A DNA stretch of 64,000 nt from Squalus acanthias (lineage: Eukaryota), in the NCBI GenBank assembly GCA_030390025.1, contig CM059427.1:188728001-188792000 (forward strand), read 5' to 3'. Under the pieces are notes generated by a model. The model worked only from the letters and a program-made list of their open reading frames with translations. It was not told the DNA's origin and did not search any database. Each line of letters begins with the position of its first letter. Position 1 is the stretch's first letter. Below, one piece after another: positions 35,053 through 46,500 of this stretch. Made by a program: the position numbers and the translations under genes.

Positions 35053-37007
35053 TTCAACAAAGAAGGCCAACAGCTCCAGAAGCAGGCTAACACGCAAGAA
35101 GAAACCAGAGCGACCGCCTCAGTGACCATCGGACACCTCGCGGCAACAAGGGCCTTATGAAACTTTTTACTCAAAAGACTCTAAACCCTAAATCTCAACT
35201 GTCAAGGATTCGTTTGGTGAGCATTATCCCTGGTTCTCCAGAGTCCAACCTAGCTAGTGAAGTGGGATTGGGAGGGGTGAAGTATTCTTCTAATGTTATT
35301 TCCCTCGCGTGTACCGAAGTGTTCCTCACCTTTAGAGTGTTAAGAGTGTTTGTGTTGTGTTTTACTTTTTTGAATAAAGATTGAAGTTCTTTCATCAAAC
35401 TCAGTTGTCTGCTGCACCTTTGTATCACAACCCCCAAATAAGTCCAAGGTCTAGAACCAAGGGAGTGGGAGCGATTCGAACTGCTCAGAAGTCAGAGGTG
35501 AAGCTGACACAAAACACCACCCCCTTACATAATCCTCACGTTTAGTGTTTCTTGACTGGGCCTAAGACTTCTATAGAATATTTGCTTTATGCATGTCTTT
35601 AATGGGTTCTGTAAACAGTTTTGATGGGGCCTGTTGTTTTGGGTGGGACTGTCTTCTCCCAGGGTCTATTGTCAAAATGTTAATGCTTGCTGGGGCTTTG
35701 AGTGAGGTCATCCCGGTTCCCCAGACATTGCAATTAACTGCAATACCCAAACTGCTTTTACAGAGGTTGGACCCAACTTCCTTCACAGCCTTTTCTCCCT
35801 TTACAGGCCTAGACATGTTTTTTAAAATGCCAAAACTTGGTTTTTGGTCTTAAATTCCTTATGTTCGGCCCAAATGCATTTTTATCACTCTGAGGTAGTT
35901 CCAAAATCCTTTTTCCTTAGGTTTTGGGGATCTGCAAGTTTTGGAAACCTTACACCACCTTCAACGATTTGTGCACATATACCCCTTTAGGATTGCACCC
36001 TTTAGTTTATATTTCCTCTCTTCATTCTTTCTACCAAAATGTATCACTTTGCACTTTTCTGCGTTAAATTTCATCTGCCACGTGTCTGCCCATTCCACCA
36101 GCCTGTCTATGTCCTCTTGAAGTCTATCACTATCCTCCTCAATTCACTATATTTCCAAGTTTTATGACATCTGTAAATTTTGAAATTGTGCCCTGTATAC
36201 CTACATCCAAGTCATTACTATATATCAAGAAAAGCAGTGGTCCTAGTACCGACCCCTGGGGAACACCACTGTATACCTTCCTCCAGTCCGATAAACAACC
36301 GTTCACCACCACTCTCTGTTTCCTGTCATTTAGCCAATTCCGTATCCATGCTGCCACTGTCCCTTTTATTCCATGGCTTCAACTTTGCTAGCAAGCCTAT
36401 CATGTGGCAATTTGCTGAACGCCTTTTGGAAATCCATGTACACCACGTCAACCGCATTGCCCTCGTCAACCTTCTCTGTTACCTCATCAAAAAACTCAAT
36501 CAAGTTGGTTAAACACGATTTGTCTTTAACAAATCTGTGCTGGCTTTCCTTAATTAATCCACACTTGTCCAAGTGACTGTTAATTTTGTCCCTGATTATT
36601 GTTTCTAAAAGCTTCCCCTCTACCGAAGTCTCGATTGCTTTCCGCCCACTATTGCTGAACACTACTGACCATTTATTGTCCGATGGATAAGTGAAATTCC
36701 AGCTTCATTCCATTTTTCCCGAATAGGTTTACCATATTTGTGAGCTGTGGCTATAATAACAGATTCTTCTAACCCCCATTGGCTGATCAACAACAACTAA
36801 AACAACTACATGCATTTCTCTAGCGCCTTTAACGTAGTAAAACATCTCAAGGCATTTCACAGGAGCGTTATCAAACAAAATTTCACACCGATCCACATAG
36901 TGGGGGAATTTGAACCCCAAAAAATGGGTACCCTGAGGTCAGGTGGAAGGTTAAAGGGATAAAAACTGAATCCCGACCCCAACCCACCTCCGACCCGCCC
37001 ACTTCTG

Positions 37008-37335
37008 GAACTTGGTCACTGGGGGAAGTCAGGAACTTGGGCAGGGCCGGTCAGGAACTTGGGCGGGGGGAGGAGGTCGGAAACTTGGGGGGAGGTCAGG
37101 AACTCGGCGGGGGGAAGTCAGGAACGTGGGCGGGGGGAAGTCAGGAACTCGGCGGGGGGAAGTCAGGAACTTGGGCGGGGGGAGGTCAGAAACTGTGGGG
37201 GAGGTCAGGAACTCAGTGGGGGAGGTCAGGAACTCAGTGGGGGAGGTCAGGAACTTGGGCAGGAGGAAAAGGTCAAGAACCTGTTGGGGAGGGAAAAGGT
37301 CAGAAACTCGGGGGTGTGAGGAAGGTTAGGAACTT
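37008..37335 (+). repeat. G-rich minisatellite, ~19-22-bp unit GGGGGAGGTCAGGAACT(T/C)GG
   Basis: Over a dozen visible degenerate tandem copies. Confidence 0.85.
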
Positions 37336-37909
37336 ATTGGGGGGCAGTAACGTGTTTGGGGGGTGAAAGAAGCTCTTAACCCGCGAGGGTGAGCCCTGTC
37401 TGTTCTATGTGAGCTCTGTTCTGTCTTGAGCATGGCAGTCAGAATGGCTCGAGTGATACTTTGCAAACTAATTGATTACTTAGGCAGGCAGGATCTAATT
37501 AAACATTCCAGAGAAACTGCTGGGTGTGTCTTGTCCTCCAAAGGGACCAATCAGAAATCAGGTGTTGCCTTCAAGGTGACTAATCAGAGATCTGGTGTTA
37601 GAAATAAATGCGACCCAGATTTAACCACCATTACAAATTTAACTCTGGCTGGTCGGGTTTCTCAGGCCTCAGGGAACCTGCCAGCTAAAGTAAGGTGAGG
37701 ACTGTTGGATCCAGGAGGTAAGTGCCTTTCCACTTACCTGTTCAATCTGTCCCTGCCTCAGCCACGCCCATGATCGGAGACCCCCCAAGTAGCCTCCGAC
37801 CCCACCAGCCCCCCCCCGCCGAGGCCTCCGTTTCGCCCTCCAAGGCCAGCGGTACCCCCCCACAAGGTATCCAATTCAACCCCCCCCCTTGTCCCGAAGT
37901 CTCCAATTA

Positions 37910-38170
37910 CCCCCTCCCACGATGCCTCCGATCCCCCCGCCGGCCCCCAATTACCTTCCCGGACTTTCTCTCCAGCCCCGATGCTCCTCCAGCTCCCAAG
38001 TCCCGACTACCACCTTCCCCCTGATGCTCCTGTGGCTGGCCCCTATCTTCCAGCCCCAATCCTCTCTCCCCCACCCCCTGATGCTCCTCCGGCCCCGATC
38101 CTCTCCCTCGCCCCTCCCGATGCTCCTCCAGCCAGCCCCGATCCTCCCCCACCCGAACCCTCCCTCCATC
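37910..38170 (+). repeat. C-rich degenerate tandem repeat (CCCCGATGCTCCTCCAGCC-like)
   Basis: Repeated cccgatgctcctcc units. Confidence 0.7.
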
Positions 38171-39012
38171 CTCTCTGTGGCCTAGTGCCGCAGGCCTACT
38201 CGCCCGCAGCCAGCCAGCCTCTCCATCTGGCTGGCAGCGGGTGCGAAACAGAGTTTTGAAATGCTAATCAGGACCTGCCGTTAAATTTGGCAGGGCCTGC
38301 AGGAAACCCGTTCTCCTGGGTTTCCCGACGGCTTTTCAGACCCCCTGCTCCCGATCTGCCTCCAGTTTATAATTCCGGCCAAGGAGATGTTAGGGAAGAT
38401 GACAACAAAGTTTGGTCAAAGGGGTAGGTTTTAAGGAGCATCTTAAAGGAGGAGAGAGCGGTAGAGAAGCGGAGAGTTTTAGGGATGGAACTCCAGAGCT
38501 TAGGGCCTTGGCAGCTGAAGGCATGGCTGCCAATGGTGGAGCAATTAAAATCAGGGATGCTGAAGAGGCCAGAATTGGAGGAGCGCAGAGATCTTGGAGG
38601 GTTGTGGGGCTGGAGGAGATTACAGAGACAGTGAGGGGTGAGGCCATGGAGGGATTTGAAAACAAGGATGAGAATTTTAACATCAAGGCTTTGCTTAACT
38701 CGGGGCCAATGTAGTTCAGCACAGCACAGGGGTGATGGGTGAACAGGACTTGGTGTGAGTAAGGACACAGGCAGCAGAGTTTTGGATGTCCTCAAGTTTA
38801 TGGCGGGTAGAACGTGGGAGGCAAGCCAGGAGAACATTGGAATAGGCAAGTATAGAGGTAACAAGTGCTTGGATGAGGGATTCAACAGCAGATGAGCTGA
38901 GACAGGGCAGAGTCGGGCGATGTTACGGAGGTGGAGATAGACGGTCTTCGTGATGGTACGGTATGTGGTCGGAAGCTCATCTACAAGCTGTACAGTGTAG
39001 AATAGTTACCTT

Positions 39013-39172
39013 CAATGTTTCCTTGAAACTGCGCGGCAGCACAGCGCTCCAGAGAACACGCGCGGCTTGCCGGCTTTTCAATTTAAAAACCGCGCACGCC
39101 CAGTATTTGAATGACCCGCACAGCCCCTAAAAGGGGCCTCACAGCGATCCGAAAAAATTACAGGGAACATTG
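39013..39172. mobile_element. hAT-type MITE (160 bp)
   Basis: CAATGTT(T/C)C terminal inverted repeat; perfect 8-bp TSD GTTACCTT at 39005-39012 and 39173-39180. Confidence 0.85.
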
Positions 39173-39311
39173 GTTACCTTTGCAATAAATCACCTTGACG
39201 GGCGTCTTAACTCACTTTGATGAACCTCGTTGATGGTTCCTCTGATCTCAGGCAGAGATTGACACCCTGTGGCACTTCCTCCCTTGCAGTTGATAGCCCA
39301 TGACAGGGTTT

Positions 39312-39760
39312 CAGCCATGGCCCAGTGCTAACACTCTCGCCTCTGAGTCAGAAGTTTGTGGGTTCAAGTTCTAATTAAGAGACTTGAACACAAAATCTAA
39401 GCTGACAATCACAGTGCAGTACTGAGGGAGTGCTGCACCGTCTGAGGTGCCGTCTTTCGGAGGAGATGGTAAATCAAGGCCCCATCTACTCTCAAGTGGA
39501 GGTAAAAATTCCGTGGTGCTATGTGAGGAAGAGCAGAGAAGTTATCCCCAGTCTCCTGGCCAATATTTATCCCCCAACTAGCAGCACTAAAACAGATTAT
39601 CTGGTCATTATCTCAATGCTGTTTGTGGGTCTCTGTTGTGTGTAAGTTGGCTGCTGTGTTTCCTACATTACAACAGTGGCTACACTTCCAAAGTTCTTCA
39701 TTGGCTGTAAAGTCCTTTGGGATGTTTTAAGGCCGTGAAAGGTGCTATATAAATGCAAGG
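39312..39760 (+). mobile_element. SacSINE1/DeuSINE-like SINE
   Basis: tRNA-derived head, body with CAGTGCAGTACTGAGGGAGTGCTGCAC..GGTGCCGTCTTTC, and L2-like tail. A related copy lies at about 55575-55845. Confidence 0.75.
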
Positions 39761-40531
39761 TTTTTTTCTTTTTGACATGTGACCCACCAAGTTGAATATT
39801 GGCTTCATCCACGGATACAGTTTAGTCAGTGAAGGTGGTATCCTTGTATGTGGAGCTGCCATTCTAGTCCTCTGCTCTCCACAGATGTTTCAGGTAGTAC
39901 AGCACTTTTATTACAGTTATTAGGATTGTTAGAGCACCTAGTAAGTGCTTAACAACCCTTGAATTGATTGATTTTATTCTGCTGCGAATGGGAGTGGTGC
40001 AGTGAGTAATATTGCCCAGTGGAGGGCTCGGCCCGCATCTGGATTGCTCCAGGGACCAGTAATTATTTACAGCATTAGTGGGAACAAGCCAAAGGCAACA
40101 GACCTGGCCACTTAACTTAGCCGCATATTCAAGGAGCTTAGGACTGGCAAAAATGCTCACGGCATTTTTCAACTCAGTGAACAACTCCTTCAATGAAGTA
40201 TTTTTCAACAGAAAGAGCAGTTAGAGAAATTCGAAATGTAAAAGATAAAGAAAGTGGCATAAATGTAAGTTATAGTTGAAGCATTAAAGAAATATTTTTC
40301 CACAGATATTTCCTAGAAAGGACAATATGAACCTGCTACTCAATTTCAGTAGTCTGCCCAATATTACAGAGGGGTTTGAAGTCAACCTGGCAGCAATAAA
40401 CTAGAAGGAGTGTAAGGTTAACAGAACAAGATTTTCAGACACAAGGGACTTGCAGATTTTTCCACCAGTCGAAACACAGCTGTTGCAGACAAAGACAGCA
40501 ACAAGCAAAGAGTCAAGGTGCATGTTGCACA

Positions 40532-40592
40532 ATGGTGAGAGGGCTGATGATATGTTGCTTTGTTCTGCTACATGGGTCTGTTTTCACACAGG
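40532..40592 (+). CDS. Gene B signal-peptide exon
   Basis: [20 protein letters not shown] followed by G|gtaagt; a phase-1 leader exon typical of IgSF genes. Confidence 0.85.
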
Positions 40593-43500
40593 GTAAGTGA
40601 CCAATAATTTTAGAAAAACTATGTAGATAGCTTGGGGCAGCGCAGTTCAGTTGCTTTTTCTCATTTTGTACTTTTTCACACAGGAACCGCTTTTTCCATC
40701 TTATCTGAAAGACTGTATCGACAATCACTCACATCAGTGAATGATTCTACTGCTCAATTAAAACTTAAGGATACAGAAAATAAATTCCAAACCTACTGAA
40801 AATATTGTTGGACTGTCCCACCAGTAGAAATCTTTCATTGCTTTGTGTCTTTTCTACAATTGGTATTTTTTGTAAATGTTCTGTCTTGTGCATGAATTGT
40901 AAGCCCCTGAAGTATTTTACTTTCTTGCAGAAGACCCCATTGATATTTACTTTCCGGTGGGAAAAAGGCACATTATTGTCCTAAATGGATCGGATATTCC
41001 TGCCAAAGGCACTGTTTTATGGGAATGGACCCCACACTGGGGGCAACCCAGCACAAAGACATTGTTCAAAATGAAGGCAGAGGGACAAGGCTGGAGACCA
41101 GAGTGGGGCAGCGAAAATATGAAAAGCAATGGATCCAAATGGCATCAGATAAATGACTCTCTCGATCTTAAAATTAAAAATGCTGCATTTGAAGCTGCAG
41201 GACTGTTTACCTGCAGACAGACAGAACCCGAGGAGAAAATACTGAAACAGTATGAAATATTTGCGATCAAAGGTAGGTGGAACAAGATATGGGAAAGGGA
41301 CATGATAGGCTTCAGCCATTACTAGACAATAATAAATGTTTCATATTTTGTGTCGGGGAATCCTACTGTGATTGTGAATACTGATTCAAAACACTGCACG
41401 ACAATCTGCTTTGTGATGATGAGGAAAGTAATGATTTTTTTATCGTGCCTCCTCCTCTCATTCCCTGGCTGCCAGCCATTCCCTCCAAATGTTCAGTGAC
41501 CTGGTTGGGAACAGACCGTAGCAATCACTCAGGAGTTTGAAGACTCTAAGGGGGAAAAATTCAGTTGGTTGCGCCTCCCGTTCGCACCTTAAGAGGGCGC
41601 TAATGGGGCGCAAAGCAGCTAGCGCCTGGGCGCAGCGATGTTTGCGCCGCTCGCGAACTTAACTAGACATTTTGCGGCGGCGCTAAACTTTATCGCCGCG
41701 ATCTCCTGCGCACGCAGATCTTGACGTCATACGAGGGTGCAACGCCCTTGTGGCGCCCCGGAGCGGAAATTGAGTGGTGCCCCCATCCTTTCCGCCTGGC
41801 GCATCCAACGACCGGAAGACTGGAACGCTATCAGTCGCTGTGGGGCTGGGGGGCGGCACTATTTAAAGGGGACCTCTTCCTGTCTTTCTCTGTGGTTGAC
41901 ATTTTTGCACCACTCGTTCTGAGAGAGAGAGAGAGATTCGGAGAGAGAGAAAGAGAGACTTCTGCATTGAGTCAACGCTGTGTGAGGTAGTTTTGGCTAC
42001 TGATCATAACTTGGCAGGTACTTTGGTTTTTGGCCTTCATAACTTTGCTTGCTAAGAGACTATGGGGGCTGCACTGATTGGGGGCGTCGTCCTGCACCAG
42101 CTGAATCGGAGGACACAGAGACACAGAGAGAGAGTGGCAATGATGGCCAGACGGAGGAGGGCCAACAGGCATCTGTACAGGAGAGCTTACCCTCCCAGGG
42201 TATATCGTGAACAGCTCTCCTACATTCATATGTCTGAGGAGCAGTGTTTGCGAAGGCTGCGCTTCAGCAAGGATGTGGTCACTGAGCTCTGCCATCTGCT
42301 GCAGCCAGATCTGCAGCCTCAACTGAGGTCCAGGACGTCTCTGTCGGTGGCAGTGAAGATCACAGTGGCTCTGAACTTTTATGCTACTGGCTCATTTCAA
42401 TCTGCTGCTGGGGACATCGCCAATATCTCCCAGTTCGCGGTGCATTGCTGCATCCGTCAGGTCACAAATGCCCTCTTTAAAAGGAGACGAGATACATCTC
42501 TTTCCCCATGACCCCAGACAAGCAGCATGAACGCGCTCTGGGCTTTGCGAGGATAGCGGGCTTCCCCATGGTGCAGGGCGTCATTGACTGCACGCATGTG
42601 GCTTTGCGTGCTCTGCATGAGAATGCCGAGGATTTCCGGAACAGAAAGGGGTTCCATTCCTTGAATGTTCAGTTGGTCTGTGACCACAGACAGCTGATAC
42701 TCGCTGTCAATGCCCACTATCCTGGCAGCTGCCACGATGCTTTCATCCTGCGCCAGACTACTGTGGCAGAACTTTTCGAGGCACCGCATCAGCCAGTTGG
42801 TTGGCTTCTCGGGAACAAGGGGTATCCATTGAGCACCTGGCTGATGACACCGCTCCGTACGCCCAACACCCCTGCTGAGCTGCGGTACAACAAGAGCCAT
42901 CAAGCTACCAGGAACATCGTTGAGCACACAATCGGCATGCTCAAGCAACGGTTCCGCTGTCTGGACCATTCTGGAGGAGCCCTGCAGTACTCGCCTGAGT
43001 GAGTTTCCCACTTCGTAGTTGTGTGCTGCATGCTGCATAACATGGCAATCCTCAGGACCCAGCCAATGCCACCAGGCCTTGGAGCACCACAAGAGGAGGA
43101 TGAGGAAGAGGAGGAGGAGGATGATCATCAGCAGCACCAAGGCGTGAGGGCGGCCCACAATGTTGAAACTGCAAGGGCCGGCCGTCAGCGGCTGATAGCA
43201 AGCCGCTTCTAGGCCCCTGCTGTGGAAATGTCTTCTGCCATTGAGAACAACATGAATGAAACCAACCCGCAACCCCTAAGCCGGCCAAGGCACCAATGAT
43301 TCCAAACACCAAACATGTATATTTTGAATACAAAAACTTATTTATTTCACAAACTCTGTGGGTGTCATTTCTTCATGACAAACTAATAGAAAGAAACACA
43401 AAAACACAGTCATTAACAGAACTGGTTCTCATAACCTGGAGATAATGTCCAAAAGTTTGACCACGAACCTTAGCCTTTAATAAAAAAATGACCAACATTT

Positions 43501-46500
43501 TGTCATACCTCCTACTTTTTGCCCTTCGAGGGTGATCTCCTTCCCTTGCGCACTTCCCCCCTTCTTACCCTACTGCTCCTACGTAATGGGACCTCAGTGG
43601 CTGCAGCAAGGCTGGTGGAAGGCTGCTGATTGTCAGAACCTGAGACTGTAGATGCCCTTGAAGGGCGGCCTCGACCAGCTCTGGGCCTGGAGGGCCCGGC
43701 TGCAGACTGCACCAACTCTGCATGGGCGGCAGCAGTCTGTCCTACAGGCGGTGGCAAGTGCAGTGGAGAAGTGACAGTGTTGGCAGCATGAATGTTGTCA
43801 TCTTGAGAGAGGACAGCAACTCCCTGCTCGACCGACACACTGGCACTCCCACGGGACAGCACTTCAGCATCCGGAGCAATCTGCTGGAGCACAGATTGCT
43901 GGCCTGCTGTGGCGCGGTGAGAGCCCCGGGGAAATGTGTATGAACCATCGAGGATGGCAGCAGTCAGTTCTCGCGTGGCCTCAATCTGAGTCTGCATGAG
44001 AGCAGTCTGAGACTGAATTGCAGCACTAAGCTTTAGTGTGGCATCCGCCTGTGCTACAGCGAAGTGCTCCACACTCCTTGCCAGTGATTCAATGCATTCG
44101 GGCACCCTTCCCACTGCACCCATGAGCTCAGTGTGCATGTCCACCGCCTGGGTGTTCATTTCAGCGATGAGCTGCTCCTCCTCTGCGTCCAGTGCAGTAT
44201 GAGTCGCTGGCATACTCTCCCTCCGGGGAGAAGGCCCCCGTTCTTCCCTACCCCCATGGCGTTGCTGCAGCCCGCTGGGTCCTGGAGCTTCACCCTCATC
44301 AGACCCTTCCCCCCTGCTCCCCTCCAGGGAAGGCGTGTTCCCAGTGTGGGCATGGGCCTCCTCGGGAGAGGGTGGCACTGATGCTCCGCCTTCATCTTCC
44401 TCCTCGCCTGCAGCTTCACTCCCACTGGCAGCTTGAAGGCCCGTCTCCTCAGCTGGTGAATCACCATCTGAAAGCACGGAGGTACAAGAGTGGCTTTAGC
44501 GTGAGGACAGGGTGGCAGTTTGGGAGGAATAAGTGCAGCGATTTAGTAAGTTGGATTGAAAGTGTCAAAGGCTGGTGTTGTGAGGGACAAGTGGAAGGAC
44601 AGAGGACAAAAAGGTGATGACCTTACCATTGCTGTCCAGAACGGGGTCGGCGTCTCCAGTGGCGACGGGAGCGATCACCTGGCTTGCCACAATCCTCTGG
44701 ACGCGCGCCTCAAGATCGCTGAGGGGTTGCAGCTGAGGCCGCCCTCCACCCGTCCGTTGCTGCTGTCTCCTATTATGAGATAGCTTGGCCTGCAAGAAAA
44801 AGGACGGCGTCTGAGTAAATATACAGCCATGGTCTTGCCTGATGTACCTCCCATAGGTGAATAGCCCTTACTGTATGCATAGTGTGGAATGTGCATGTGT
44901 GTTTCATGAGAGGGCCATAGGTGTTGGATGAGTGTTGTGCATTGGGGTTTTAAGACCCTCTGGCCATAGAGTGAGGTTGAGATGGAGGGATGGAGAGGTA
45001 TTGAAAAAAAGCCACTCACCCTGACGACCCGAGTGAGGTCGTTGAACTTTTTTCGACATTGTACATGGGTCCTGGGCACCGTGCTCCTGCAGGAGACGCT
45101 CTGAGCCACCTCCCTCCACACTCTTCTGTACTCGCGTGGCAAAGGCCTCCTGCCACTCTCAGGGAAGAGTATAGATCTTCTGCGCTCCACCGCGCCAACC
45201 AGAGCATCCAAGGCCCGCTCGCTGAAGCGCTGAGCTCGTTCTCTCACCCTCTCCATAGTCCTTGGCTGGAAGATTTAGGCACAGGTCTCTCCAGGCCGAG
45301 ATTCAAGGCTCCAATGAGCAGGGTGTGGCTGGAGTGCAAGATCGACCCTCCCCTTTAAGAACTGTCTGGCGCCAGTGTGTCTGTGTTCCATCGCTAACTG
45401 ACAGCACCTGCGCTGCGCCCGCGCTCTGAGTTAGCGCCTTGCTCCTCGGCCTTTGCGCCTTAAGACAGGTGTGTAGCGCCTGATATAGCGCTCCAATCAC
45501 CTCCAGGGGCGTTAAAAGTCAAGTTTGCAGTCGGTGGCGATAATTAGCGCCAGGCGCAAATCTTTGCGCACGGCCGATAATTGCGCCCCAAATGGGGCGA
45601 TACTGAATTTCTCCCCCTAAGTATCTAAGTTCTCTCTTCTTCCATATTCAATATTTCTGGTTTTGGCCTGCTTCTCCTTTAAGTACAGACAAAGCAAACA
45701 ACTGTCAGAATTTTGAGAACACAGATCACCGCCCCAGTGTTCAGCCCACAAACCACTTTGAGTGAATTCATGACAAAGCACGTTTTCGATGCCAGTTTGA
45801 CTTTTGCCACAACATGTAACATCCATGTGAAGGATTCTTAAGTATCAGCCACAAATTTCAACCTGCAGCATTATACACATGCAAGTGCAGGTGTCCAGGA
45901 TCTGAAAGGTTGTGTCACAGATTGGAATGATCCTTCGCTTAATGTAGCACAATTTTTAAAGCAGCATTCATGCTATGATCAGAGACTTAATTCGAGCTAG
46001 CAACCAGTGGCCAGTTTTGCCATGGCATTCTTCTTCAAGTGAGAGGAGTTTTTCCTTCATTTGCTCTCTTGACCAATGGTCCTGGGAAATGATATTGACT
46101 TATTATCCACCTACTGAAATGCTTGCGGCAAACACTGAAAAGGATTTGCCTCGGCCTGAAATATGACTACCCTTTGCTGCTGTACTTCATCCAGGAGACC
46201 AGCAAAGCTATCGTCATCAAATAGAGCAGTTCTACCCACCATCCCTTGACCACCTTCCATTCCTTGGCATGAAGATTTTCTAGCAAGTTACTAAATGGAC
46301 TAGCTTGAAAATGGAGCAGTTGCGGTTTAAAAGAAGCTTTTGATTCCCCCATTCCCCCACCGATCACAGTGCTCCCTGCGCTTGTGTGAAAAAGAGTCAG
46401 GGAACATAGTCTAATGAGATTTTGCAGCTGAGATTGATGAATCCAGCGAGGTTAGCTGTGCAGTTTCATGAGAGTGCAATGATCCAAGCACCATTTCAGC

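Larger units (their letters stand above)
33642..35954. mobile_element. LTR-derived fold-back unit: solo-LTR-like segment (33642-35529) plus an inverted ~420-bp copy of its 5' end, with 4-bp TSD CCAC
   Basis: TGTAAGG...CCTTACA termini; CCAC at 33638-33641 and 35955-35958; 33642-34063 is an inverted repeat of about 35533-35954. Internal AATAAA near 35373 and a second CCTTACA end at 35529. Confidence 0.8.
32960..36625 (-). mobile_element. CR1 fragment split by the 33642-35954 insertion
   Basis: RT ORF pieces 36366-36662, 36139-36357 and 33049-33588; (TTCTATGA)n tail at about 32960-32980. Confidence 0.88.
36901..38379. mobile_element. Probable non-autonomous Harbinger-like DNA element inserted in an L2 tail
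   Basis: L2 sequence is continuous across it (..GATCCACATAG | AAGGAGATGTTAGG..). Imperfect GGAATT..AAC terminal inverted motifs. Confidence 0.55.
41550..45617. mobile_element. Full-length PIF/Harbinger DNA transposon (4068 bp) in the gene B D1-D2 intron
   Basis: TIR GGGGGA(A/G)AAATTCAGT (15/16 match); TAA TSD at 41547-41549 and 45618-45620; two convergent genes. Confidence 0.95.

Noticed and set aside
37008-37335. Regularly spaced repeats as a CRISPR array, or the Gly-rich ORFs as genes
   Set aside because: Eukaryotic minisatellite with no unique spacers; the ORFs are open in all three frames only because of base composition.
42062-43212. Domesticated host HARBI1 gene
   Set aside because: Flanked by TIRs and a TSD, paired with a Myb gene and disrupted, so it is a transposon copy.
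42457-43272. 271-aa minus-strand ORF in the Harbinger element
   Set aside because: Antisense shadow of the GC-rich transposase with no recognisable domain.
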